NCBI GenBank assembly: GCA_051362555.1 | Contig: CM120643.1 | Location: 21,208,848 to 21,272,847, forward strand | Direction: 5' to 3' | Source of the DNA: Lingula anatina | Taxonomy: Eukaryota > Animalia > Brachiopoda | Length of the DNA stretch: 64,000 nucleotides | Part shown: positions 41,546 through 53,200 of the stretch, one piece after another | Layout of the letters: each line of letters starts with the position of its first letter | Position numbering within the stretch: position 1 is the stretch's first letter | The notes under the pieces: model-generated | Told to the model about the DNA's origin: nothing | Seen by the model: only the letters and a program-made list of their open reading frames with translations | Databases searched by the model: none | Program-made: the position numbers and the translations under genes

Positions 41546-44500
41546 AGCCTAAGGGTTTATAGTTGACTACGTCACACCCTCTAAGCCTCGGAGGACCCCC
41601 CCCCCCTTCCAAAAAAAGGCATAACAAGTAAAACGAGTCGAAATAACCATCTCTTCAATCCCGTTACCCTGAATATAACAGTAAAATTGTTCTCGACTAC
41701 TTTGTACATTCATTCACCCTTTTCCACAACACCAAACAGCATCTCCCACCATTAGCAAAACCCTGGATCCATCCCCTGGGATAACTGTCTTTTAGTATAC
41801 AGGGTCAATTTAGCAATCAAGAATAATATGTAAATTTGCAGATTGCAGGCAAAACTGCCGCTTCCGTGAAAGTTGCGGCAGGCGTCACCCAGGCAGAGTT
41901 GAATCACGAGCTCGCGAAGCATGGCTATGTCTTTCATCCGGGGCCGTTTATTGGAGAACTGACAATAGGAGGAGTTATTGCAACTTCATCGCATGTATGA
42001 AACATTTTCACTACGTATTTTTTTTAATCAAGTCATGAATTCTTTAAACTGATATGTTTTCTTTACATGCAAATATTAACTGTTGAAGGTTGCAGACGAA
42101 TATCTGCTACATGTACAGTACACTGTATGTCTGCATTTATTCGCGTACATACAACATTGGTCAAAAAGGTTTTATTTACAAATGATCACCTCCAAAACAG
42201 TCCTTTTTATCTCAGTACTATATCTAACATGATTAATGGTTCAGAAAATACAAAATAGTGGTGACGATATCCATGTTTTATGCCATTTATTCGTATTTAT
42301 AACATGTACCCCCTCAAATCCAATGTATCATTGTGATTCCCACAAAGATACGGAAATGTCGATTAAATTTAAAAGACACCACCGAATGTCACCAAATTTA
42401 CACACAATTAGCATTAGGGTGTGCTTGTTAAAGGTCACGTGTATAATAGCGTATGTGCCAACTACGTGCTGCAATTATCTCATGTAGGCGGCGCGACAAG
42501 CCTACAACAAGGGTAACAATTCTGTTTTGTGGGATACTGTCTCAATTCTCCTAAAGAGCTTGGAGGAGTTGGTTCAGATTATTAGGGGGTTGGTTCTCCT
42601 CTGCATTGCACACTCCAATTTCTGCCACAGGTGGTCAGATGAGTTAATATTGTCGTTGCTGGACTATTTTTATCTTACATGTATATCATTTATTCATCAA
42701 TATTACAATCGTTAACATCATTATTTGCATAATCGCTTTCATTATTCATTTATTTGTTTGCCTAGGGCGGATTCTACCATGAACCGTCGGTAGGTGGCTA
42801 CATGACGAGAGCGAGGCTGGTAGACGGACAAGGGAATGTAAGAGAATTCAGGGAAAGCTCAGATGCAAATGTACTGAACGCCTTAAAATGCAACTTAGGA
42901 CTGCTTGGAATCTTGTTCGAAATTGATTTGAAAGTAAGTAAAAATAAGAAAACTGTCTTACAATGTGATTTTCCTTCTTTCTCAAGAAAAGAAAGAACAA
43001 AAATAAACCTTTTCTAAAGTGACTACTGTAAACGTGCTTCCCGTAAACAAACATGAAAACAGTATGATATACAGGTAAGAATAAATGGAGTTAGGGATAC
43101 GGGCATCTACTAGATACACTACAGTTGGGTTGGTTAAAAAGTACCAGTACATTATTTGAAATAAAAATAAAGTTACAATCTTTTGGGTTTCGTTATAAAC
43201 ATGGCAAGAGTTGGGGACAGTTTCACACATGACATTTATCCATCTAATGAAATATTACATTTGGATTTGGCAGGCGTGGCATTGCTTATGTGCAAAGTAT
43301 CAGAACAATGCTTATTTTAGTTATGTGGAGAAATATGGGTAAGTCGTATACGTAGGGGAACCACTTTTTAGTATAAAAGTTTTTAGACCAATTACCGAGC
43401 TGAATTTTTTTATTTATTTATTTATTTATTTATTTTTTTTTTTTTTTTCATTTTATTTTATTTTATTTTATTTTTTTGATAAACCAGTGTGACAGAGTCT
43501 CCCGTAATGTAGGATCCGGTTCCCATTGATTTGTATAGGTAAGCCTAGTTTCTGACTATCAGTGGCGAACGCTCTGTCACACAAACTTAGTTTCAAAATT
43601 TAACTTTTTAGATTGCCCATCAGGTGGAAGTCAATTTCCAAAACGTCTTCACTCCACTGCGGAACTTGTTTAGCCCAACTTTTATCCGAGATTTCGTCGC
43701 AGAGAATTACTTTGTGAATGTGTTTTATGCGCCATACAATTCGCTTACGGAGGAGGAAGCCAAAGCAGTGATACGTACTGGAAGAGTGCCAACTAGTTGG
43801 GACAGCGGAAACGATTTAGTGCTGATAAGGTAACGGTGACAACGTTTGCCTATTTGTATTTACTTAGAATATCATAATAGTGAGATTAAGCTTTAAAAAA
43901 TGACAAAAGTTTTTTTTTCATTTTTTAAATGAAAAAATGGAATTAAAGTATGATAATTTTTTTTCTCTCATTTACATCAGGATGCTTTAAAATATTTTAA
44001 GATAGTCAGTTAGTTGGGTAGTCAGTTAGCTAACTATTTAGCTAATTGATTGGTCTTGCAACAAAAATACCAAAGGTTGCCTGAAATCTTGCATGATTAA
44101 GCGACTCGGTGATATGCTTGACTAACCAGGTTAATGCCCCTATTTCACACAGACCATGAATCCCACGAATCGCCAGAAATTGACAAATTTCAGGATTCGT
44201 GGTTGAATCGTAATCACTTCGTGATTGATCAAGAATTGCAAGAACCGCGACTACGAATATATACGAATCTGTTAAGAATTTCACGAACTGATTACGATTC
44301 AACCACGAATCCTGAAATTTGCCAATTCCTGGAGATTCGTGGGATTCGTGATCTGTGTGAAATAGGGGCATAAGACATCAAAGTATACCCGGTTTTTTCG
44401 TATGGCACATCGACATACATGATGTACCAGGTGCAACCTCTTCTTGTGTAATATAGCTGCTCTATTCTGTTGTTCGTTACAGAGTGGGTTAATGAAAAAA

Positions 44501-46434
44501 GATGGCGTTATTTTAAAAACAATGTCTATTATTTCAGGCTTATGAACCCAATATCTGTAAAGCGAAGTTTTAAAGACGAAAGGCCCGCGTCCGTCCCAAA
44601 CGTCACCGTTGTCTCGCCCAGTCAGGTATTGAAGTGTATATCCACACAATAAGCGTTAAATCTTTATATAAAAATTTATATAGTCCCGGAAAAGTTAACA
44701 TATTTACCTCAGTCGACAAGGCAGGGGCGGATACAGGATTATATGAAGGGGGGTCCGGAACGCCAGGCCTCTGATGCAAAGTCGACTATCGCCCCCTTGA
44801 TGTGGGGTTCGGGCCTGCTGAAAAACCACAAAAATCTTTTGGTGTTCTGGAGAGCAAACAGTGCCCTTTTGTACGGTTTAAAATTATAAATTAGTTAGAC
44901 AAAATTCAAATTTCAAGAGGGAATATTGGTGCGATATATTTATCAGAATCCCAAGGGTGGTCAAGACCCCCTACCCCCCCTCTAATTCCACCACTGCGTT
45001 ACCAATACATACGTTACCAAATTGCGTGTATGTTGTCGTTGTTGTTTACGTTGTTAGTTGTCCGTCGGCGCAACTATGTGAGGGCGTGAGACGTCATACA
45101 TGCGCGCACGTATGTTTCTACAGTGCACATTACACTTTGTAACGTTGTCACAGCGAGTTTGATATCCAGCGATAAATATATGACCTATATTTTTAATAAC
45201 TGGTAGCACCTCCAACTTCTAACGACTAATTGTGTTCAGATTACTTCATTGTCTGGCTTATTATCAGGAACCACGCAAGGGGTATCGTAATTTACAAAAA
45301 AAATACATAAAATGAAAGTATGATAACTTTTTATTCTCATTTACACCAGGATGCCTTCATCGTCGAGCTTTCATTCCCAGCCTCCGTTCTACAGAACATC
45401 AGCCAAGCATTGTACATTTCTCTTGCTGGAGTCCCTGAAGTTGACAGTATGGAGTACGTGATCCCCGATCCGGATTTCACCAGTGGGGCAAAAATTTTAA
45501 AGGTTTGTAAAACGGAACTTCAACAAATAATATTCTGTAAAAAAACTTATTAATCCTTCTTGTGTTTCAGTGTTGTAAACCTTATATATCATTCTTATGT
45601 GTGAAGTTCCTTGCAGTTCGAAAATCATAATAAATCTGACACACTCCATACGCTCATCAAAAGGTGTAAACTCTTCTTTATCTTCAGGTCATGTCGTCTG
45701 TGCTGAATAGAGCGTCCCACCTGAAGGGTATACAGCCAGTGCAGGAGGGACTGTTCAGATGGTTTGGAGGCGTAGACTGTTTCCTCTGTCCAGGGTCGAA
45801 GTTTCGGGATCGTGGGGAACATGGGAAGGCTGGAGAGATCGATCATTATGGAGCCTTTCACATTCATAATCCACCGACAGCAAATTTGATGCAGGTTCAT
45901 GCATTTGAAACAGCGGTGTGTATTGATACCATTATTAAAGATATTTGTTCTTTAATGACTCCAAATGTAATTTTAAAAAGCCACAGAGTATCAAATGTTT
46001 CATTTCATCTAACACTTTTATTAACTATTTTATTAATCTCATTTTATTTAGTGAATTTAAAAAGGATCCTACAACTGTATAATCCAACTATTTTAGTTGC
46101 AAATAATTATCATAATTAAAAGGGAAACTTTATTGTTATAAAAATATTAGCACTTTTTTTCTGGCGATAGTTATTGTCAATTGTAGTTGTATCTATATAA
46201 GTGTGTAAATGAAAACGATTTTTTCAGCTTGTGACGGAATGGGATAAGCTTGGTCAGCACGGGCGACCTCACTGGGGAAAAGGACTTCACGTGTTCCCAG
46301 CCTTAAAGGAACGCCTGAGGTCCAGTTACGGCGACAATTTGGATAAGTTTAAAACCGTCCGAAGAGAACTTGACCCATACGGAGTTTTCACCAACGTTTT
46401 CTTGGGAGAATTATTTGATATTAACATACCTTGA
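40497..46434 (+). CDS. FAD-linked oxidase of the GULO/ALO (aldonolactone oxidase) family, copy 1, about 528 aa. Exons: 40497-40551, 40811-40965, 41268-41429, 41842-41994, 42766-42933, 43612-43829, 44538-44625, 45350-45502, 45688-45915, 46228-46434
   Basis: All junctions are GT-AG and in frame. Motifs FSNW, GSAHT, TIGGVIATSSHG, LVDGQG, LGLLGI and C-terminal GRPHWGK...RRELDPYGVFTN. Exon 1 is the least certain. Confidence 0.85.
41028..41095. repeat. Short tandem duplication (unit about 43 bp)
   Basis: TTTTCACAATCTTATA(A)TGACATCACACGTTGAAATTTACGCTT occurs twice. Confidence 0.8.
43487..43582. mobile_element. Small MITE in intron 5 of oxidase copy 1
   Basis: GTGTGACAGAG ... CTCTGTCACAC inverted ends; absent from the equivalent short introns of copies 2 and 3. 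Confidence 0.55.
44135..44370. mobile_element. PIF/Harbinger-type palindromic MITE
   Basis: Long TIRs TGCCCCTATTTCACACAGA... / ...TCTGTGTGAAATAGGGGCA with TAA duplicated at 44132-44134 and 44371-44373. Confidence 0.9.
44723..44996. mobile_element. MITE with CAGGGGCGGAT...ATTCCACCACTG termini
   Basis: Imperfect inverted ends with poly-G/poly-C subtermini. Related fragments lie near 7626 and 55055-55205. Confidence 0.55.
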
Positions 46435-46656
46435 TTTTCAATGAGTAAAATATGCGAAGTCATCAACCCATGAAAACCACACAGACGTAGTCAGAAAGGT
46501 TTCATTTATGCTAGATCCTGAAATTTGATTTACCTGTTGACTGTTTCGTCTGTTCACTCTGACAGACTTGGTCACAACTGAATTACCTGTTCAGGTGAAG
46601 GTGAACAGGTAATTATCTCAGTCTTGATGATGACTTGTTAGCCCCTCTCGCCCCCT

Positions 46657-47399
46657 TGTTAGATCGCTGTTACGAACTAGTGACCGAACCAGAGGACAGG
46701 ATGGAAGAAGAAAACATCATAAAAGAAGCATTGAAACAATGTAATTATCCAAAATGGACAATAAAGAAGGTGAAACATCAAATGAAAATGAAAAGATCAG
46801 GAAGTAAGATATCCAAAAACAAGAAAGACCAGAAAGTGGAAAAATCCAAAGGACAGGTCACAATCCCATACGTGAAAGGAATATCAGAGAAAATCATGAA
46901 TGCAATGAGGAAGGAAAACATCGGAGTATCATTCAAACCACACACAAAACTCAGAAACTTTCTTGTACATCCAAAAGATAAGATAGAAGACAACAAGAAG
47001 TGTGGAGTGGTATATCAAATCGGATGTGGGAGCTGTGACAGAGTCTATGTTGGAGAGACGGGAAGAAAATTAGAAACAAGACTAGAGGAACACAAGAAAG
47101 ATGTTAAGGAAAATGTATGTGAGGGAGTTAACACCAGATCCAAACGCTCTATGTCAACAGGAGTTCTACACAAATCTGCCATCACAGATCATATGTCAGA
47201 TAACAACCATGTGCCAAAATGGGACAATGTAAAGGTGCTAACCGGTGAAAATGACTACAGCAAGCGCAAAGTTTTGGAATCGATCTGGATAAGAAGGAAG
47301 AAACACACCATGAACAGAGATGAAGGAGCACACAAGCTGTCCCATGTGTATGACGACATTCTCAAACCCACCCTGGGGGGAGGGGGCGAGAGGGGCTAA
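46657..47399 (+). CDS. Penelope-like element ORF fragment: C-terminal RT region and GIY-YIG endonuclease
   Basis: NYP, IPYVKGISEK, GVVYQIGCGSCDRVYVGETGRKLETRLEEH, SAITDH, RKVLESIWI and MNRDEG motifs. Confidence 0.9.
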
Positions 47400-47460
47400 C
47401 AATTAAGTCATCATCAAGACTGAGATAATTACCTGTTCACCTTCACCTGAACAGGTAATT

Positions 47461-47507
47461 CAGTTGTGACCAAGTCTGTCAGAGTGAACAGACGAAACAG
47501 TCAACAG
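47461..47507 (+). ncRNA. Minimal type-I hammerhead ribozyme candidate; mirror copy at 46534-46580 on the minus strand
   Basis: GTT-GTGACCA-A-GTCTGT...ACAGAC-GAAAC-A-GTC-AAC, a hammerhead-like core and helix II in the 3' UTR of a Penelope-like element. Confidence 0.6.
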
Positions 47508-48126
47508 GTAAATCAAATTTCAGGATCTAGCATAAATGAAACTTTCTGACTATCAAAACTAAGATCCAATGAAACTATTTTCACACACAGACGTACCTTT
47601 ATACATGTATGATAGGCTATCAAGAACACTTGAACAAAACACCCATTTGTGGCGTCATCATAAATCAGCAAACCATGTAACAAAGAATTCTATCTACCGT
47701 AGTAGAACAGATGGAACAGACAATAAAAGAGCATAAATGAAAACAAAAAATGACTCTTTCCGACACTTTGAAAAGAGCGGGGTGCAATTATTGGAGAAAT
47801 CCCAGCTTTGGTGAGGAGGGAATAATTGAAAAAATATACCATACACGACGGCAACATTTTCAGTTCGATTTCAAAACTGCATTACTGCATACTTAAAGAT
47901 ACATACATACACTATACATTGCTATGGAATATATAATTTTTTGGAGTATATAGGTACCCTGTATACCGCTTTAATTTTATATTATTATTATTTTACATTA
48001 TCAGTAGCTCTTTTTGTTACAAGTTATGCACTAATAAATAAAGAAATAAATACATTAACACTTCTGATGTTATTTTGTCTTGAAGTCTCAATGGCTCCAA
48101 TATGCAGAGAAACCATGCAAATCCAT

Positions 48127-48294
48127 CAGGCCCGTAGCCAGCAATTTCAAAAGGGGGTTTCTTTTTCTGAAAAAGTGGACCTTTTCCCATGCGAACTTCA
48201 TGTACCAAGATCAAATTTTATCCAGAGTGGACCCAGCAAAAGGGGCGGTTCTTTCCAACTCCCCCCCCCCCCCCCCCCCCCGGCTACGGGCCTG
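48127..48294. mobile_element. MITE
   Basis: TIRs CAGGCCCGTAGCC / GGCTACGGGCCTG; absent at the paralogous position near 55490. Confidence 0.75.
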
Positions 48295-49231
48295 ATTATT
48301 CATGTACTTCGTCTTGCCACTACATCCAACATTATAACAGGCTTATAACAGTAAATAAGTCGTGATTGTGATGATCTTTTCGGTGCATACTATATACATA
48401 TAGATATTTAAATAAGCAGATAAAAGAAATTAAAACTGTTCAAAGAGGAAAAGTTCATGCCCCATAGAAATTTGCGCAACAAAAAATAAGGCGAACTTAG
48501 GTGTGCATATTATTTTGTCACGCTCTGTTTTGTACAGACGATGATCTATGATAGGTCATATATGCGTCTGCTACAGTACAAAAGAAAATGGTGTCCCCGC
48601 CAATTTCCTGTCTGTACGCCTGTCTGCTGTTTAACCCAGGTAAATAAGTGGCTTTAATATAAGGAAGTAGATTTTGGTATGTGGTAGGTGTCATTTATAT
48701 AGAACTTGGTAAAACCAGAAAGTTTAAGCTTAGTACCGGGGACTGCCTTAACAAGGTTATCAAGAAAACATCAAGGTGCTATGTCGAGCATTTAGAATTA
48801 TTGAATATCCAAAGACTTCCAGAGAGTTGTAAAGGTTCGGGTGTATATCCGTAAGTTTGGTTTGGATAAAGTCAGATCGCTTTGGGCGTTAAGGTACTAA
48901 TGTACGGCTACCTTTTGCTGGTGGTATAGCGACGTATTACAGCCATTCTACAGTTTGGCATATTTACACGTAGCATCAGTAATGCGGGCACTGCGTTATG
49001 ATTGAGGTCTTTAAGTAGAACAATGTATATGTCTTTGGCCATAGAAACGTAAACGCAAAAAATGCACCTGGTCCCTTGAAAGTTACTTATTCCGTTCTGA
49101 TCCTATTTTACCTTTGACACCAAGTGTTATTTTTGGTAAACTTTTTCTATTGCTTCACTGCAAAACCACCTTACGAGAACAAACGTGATGGGCGTGAGAA
49201 TAGCAAAAAACACATTGACCTCTTAAAAGGA

Positions 49232-50248
49232 AAGAAAAATGGGGGTCCTCAGCAAAACACATTACTTACACTGTTCCTAAAAAAGGTCGGTACGCCTTTA
49301 TTGGAGAACCAATGTGGGGGTGCAATAAGAAATACTATTTATATGTAAAGTAAATTCCCCTATCGATTTAAAAATCAGATTTTAAAATATATGTACCGCA
49401 ATTAATGGACAACCATTGCATCTGTAGAATGATTACTAAAACAATCTTCGTATTGTGTATTTTGCATGTAAAATTTTACATTTTTTTCTAATTGAATATT
49501 TAGGCTTTTTACATTGGATACATTTATTAAAGTACCCTTGTAAAGTGCACTGGATATTTTAATGAATATAGACTTGAAATAATGCATAATATTTTATTAT
49601 TATTATTATTATTATATCATATCAGATATTGCAACGACTCCTCAGTTGCTTGAGATACAGAAATGCCTTCAGGAGTTTATTGGTCCAGCGCCAACTGTCC
49701 AGCTAGAGTCATTCTCTAACTGGGAAGGGTCAGCCATTTATGATCACGTGTTCGTGACTAAACCGAGGACAGCTGGGGAGGTTAAGAGAAGGAGTTCTTT
49801 ACTCAAAATTATGTGGAAAATTTCTTTAGGAAATCACTATTTTCACAATCTCAAGGCATTAACTGGTCGTTTTCTTTTTCGTTTTCATTGAGAGTTTGAG
49901 ATTGCAAAACTGTCGGCTTCCTGTTTAACCTTATTTAAAAATAAAGAAAATTGTTCAATAGGCTGCTTATTTTCCGAACAAAAAATATCTTTAATATCCA
50001 AATATAGTAGCAGTTACAGTGAATATAATTGTTATCTGCAGATACAGAGAACTGTTTCTGCTGCTGCAACTTGTGGGATACAAGTGCGAGCCGTGGGCAA
50101 TGCACATACCGCTGATCAAGTTTGGGGTGGCAGAGGCCATGTCCATATTAATATGTCCGAGTTGACCTTAGAAGGAGGAAAGAGAGTGATCATGCAGCCC
50201 GAGGTGCGTGTTTTCTTTCGCTATTGTTGCGATGAATTTCAGTAGGCC

Positions 50249-50297
<49 letters not shown>

Positions 50298-53200
50298 AAG
50301 AACCAAAAGTGCATCTTCCATCATATTGACAGACTATTACAGATTGCAGGCAAAAAGGTCGCCTCCGTGAAAGTTGCAGCAGGAGTCACCCTGGCAGAAT
50401 TGAACATTGAGATTGCCAAGCATGGCCATGTGTTTCATCTGGGGCCACTCATTGGAGAAGTGACGATAGGGGGAGCTATTGCAACTTCAGCACATGTATG
50501 ATATGTTTGCAGTTAAGCATTAATTCTTAGGTGTATTATGTCGTAAATTCTTAAAGTAGGCAGTTTTTTACATGCAAATGTTACATGTAAAATGCATCTC
50601 TGTTAATCCCGTGTCCTGTCATGTATTAAGATTCAACTGTATCTTTATACCTAATTAAAAATTGGGATCCAAACCACGCATGGGTTAGTGCGTGTGTGTG
50701 TGTGTGTGTGTGTGTTTGTGTATGAGAGAGAGAGGGGGGGTGAGTGTGAGTGTATCGCAATCAAGATTGAAAACGCGTCTTCGCGGGTTGCAAATCTGCC
50801 TGAGTTTGAAGTTGAACACGAGTAATATATTTTGAGTTCGTACGTTTTTGTATTACAATTTTTGTTGCTTTCTTAGAGTGGATTCTACCATGAACCGTCG
50901 ATAGGTGGCTACATGACACGAGTGAAGCTCGTTGATGGGCGTGGGGATATAAGAGAATTCAACCAAAACTCAGATGCAGATGTGTTGAAAGCGTTAAGAT
51001 GCCACTTAGGACTGCTTGGAATTTTGTTTGAAATTGAATTAAAAGTAAGTGAAAAGATGAATAGACATTATTTGTTAGTGTTATTTTTGTATTGGATTTG
51101 ACCGAGCTTTTGGTCCACAAGTTTGACAAATACTGGATCGAATTTATTTTAGGTCCGTGTTTTAAACTTAACTTTCAGGTTATCCAGCAGGTTGCTGTCA
51201 ATTTCCAGCACGTCTTCACTCCACTTCGGAACTTGTTTAGCCCGACCTTTCTCCGGGATCTCACACTCGAGAATGACTTTGTGAATATGTTTTACGTACC
51301 TTACAATTCACTTACGGAGGAGGAAGCCAAAGAAGTGACACACACTGGCACAGTACCAAGGAGTTGGGACAGCGGAAATGATTTAGTGCTGATAAGGTAT
51401 CTGTGACTGCATTTTTCCATTGCCAAACCTTTTCACAGCACTTTTTACATTTAAACTTCAGATATTTATTCAACATGTGTGGAAATTGTAATTCATTTAA
51501 TTCATATTATTCATATGATTTATTTACTAATCATTACTTTCTCTTCATTAATAAAATACTATCAGATAAGCAAAATTTCAACATAATGGAAAGCATGTTA
51601 TCTAAATATTGCTTTGATTTATGCCCACTTGATAATTAAAATGGAAGGTTTCAGTCTAAAAGTGACACACTGTACCAATTCTTTTGGGTAAAAAAGGTAA
51701 AAAAAACTGATTTTTGCGTAAATGTACATATTTCAGAAATTTCAAAACAAATACAAATAATAATATCAATAAAAATTACAGACATCTACGTCTCTAAACG
51801 AATGCATGTACGTGTGTAGCTAGTTCTGTTAAAGACTGTAATTGCTAGGGATTAGCAAAAAATATTAGTTTGACAGACTTGAAAAACATCCTTCTGCCCC
51901 AAACCCACACAATGTAACATAAAACAAGTAATTAGCATTTGCTTATTATAAATTTTATGGTCTTTATCACGGTGTCCTTTCCCAAACAATTATTGTCTCA
52001 TGACTTTTCTAGGATTATAAACCAAATCTCGGCCAAAAGAAATTTTGAAGACGAAAGGCCTCCGTCCGTCCCAAAAATCACGTATAATAAGGTATTTATT
52101 CGTTTGAGTGTTGGATTTTAATATCATAACATATTTTATTAATCCAAAATTTCGCTGAGGGAGGAGGGGTCAAAGGGAAGAAAATTGTCTCGAAACGGGA
52201 AAATATTAAATAAAAGAGAATTTGACAATTTTTATCGTACTATACAGGACACATATAGACTCAAAGCTCACTCGCCTTGGTATCTTTTCGTTTGTGGACC
52301 GAGCAAAGGAGAGGATATCCAGGGAAGCATGCAAGAACGGACACCTGTTCTTTGTTCCCTTCCCACCTGGACTGGCTACATCATACCTATCATGTGCTTG
52401 ATGTAATATTTTACAATGCAATGTCATAAAGTGAATTTTTTTCTTTTTCTTTCAAATTTGATATAATATTCACTTAACATATTGAAAATGCTACTTTTGT
52501 AATGAGGTTTGTGTCACTGTCAGTGTGCTAAATATTTTATATTTCGTTTGTAGATATTTTATATTATCTTTTTACAGAGGTCGAATACTAAAATATATCG
52601 AAATCGATAATATAAACTACATGTATATTGCATATTGGCACCACATTGAAATACCTAATGTATCGCTATTCACCAAATCTTCTATGCTTGAAAATGTGAT
52701 TCGTCGATGGTATGTATTAAATCGCTCAAAAAATATTACATATCAGATTGAAATATAATTGATCAAGCGTTCTGGTTTACTGCCTGGCATTACTAAACCT
52801 AGTGTGCCAAAACAGGGAACGATTGCAGAATAAAACCTCACTTTCGTTTTCATTAGGCTGCATTCGAAGTACAGCTTTCTTATCCCGTCTCTGTTGTGAA
52901 AAACCTCACAGACGTATTGTTCCTGAATATTCTTGGGATCCCGGCGGTTGACAGTATGGAATATGTGATGGTTGATCCGAATTTCACCAACGGAGCAGCA
53001 GCAATGCAGGTTAGATATACAGTATTTCAATAACATTGACCATAATAAAATATTTAACAAAGGCACTATTTTGCTTTGTCAACGATAAAATCTTACCTAA
53101 GACTTTTAAGAAAAACGAATTTTGAATAGTGCATTAAGAATATGTGCATTCTTGCTTACCCAGATAAAAATATGAGTGGTCTGCAGCGTTTTTGAAAGGG

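Larger units (their letters stand above)
46490..47583 (+). mobile_element. Penelope-like retroelement, 5'-truncated, with inverted terminal arms
   Basis: Encodes the RT thumb plus a GIY-YIG endonuclease. 46490-46656 is the reverse complement of 47381-47550. A 12-bp flanking duplication CACACAGACGTA lies at 46478-46489 and 47584-47595. Confidence 0.92.

Noticed and set aside
44042-44373. Two opposite-strand ORFs both starting MPLFHTDHESHESP
   Set aside because: An artefact of the palindromic MITE.
46635-46656. MLAPLAP start of the 254-aa ORF
   Set aside because: It derives from the inverted arm; the element is 5'-truncated and has no true start.
52890-52906. Suspected frameshift in the A-run of oxidase exon 8 (copies 2 and 3)
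   Set aside because: Recounting gives GTG AAA AAC CTC and the exon is 153 nt as in copy 1, so the frame is intact.
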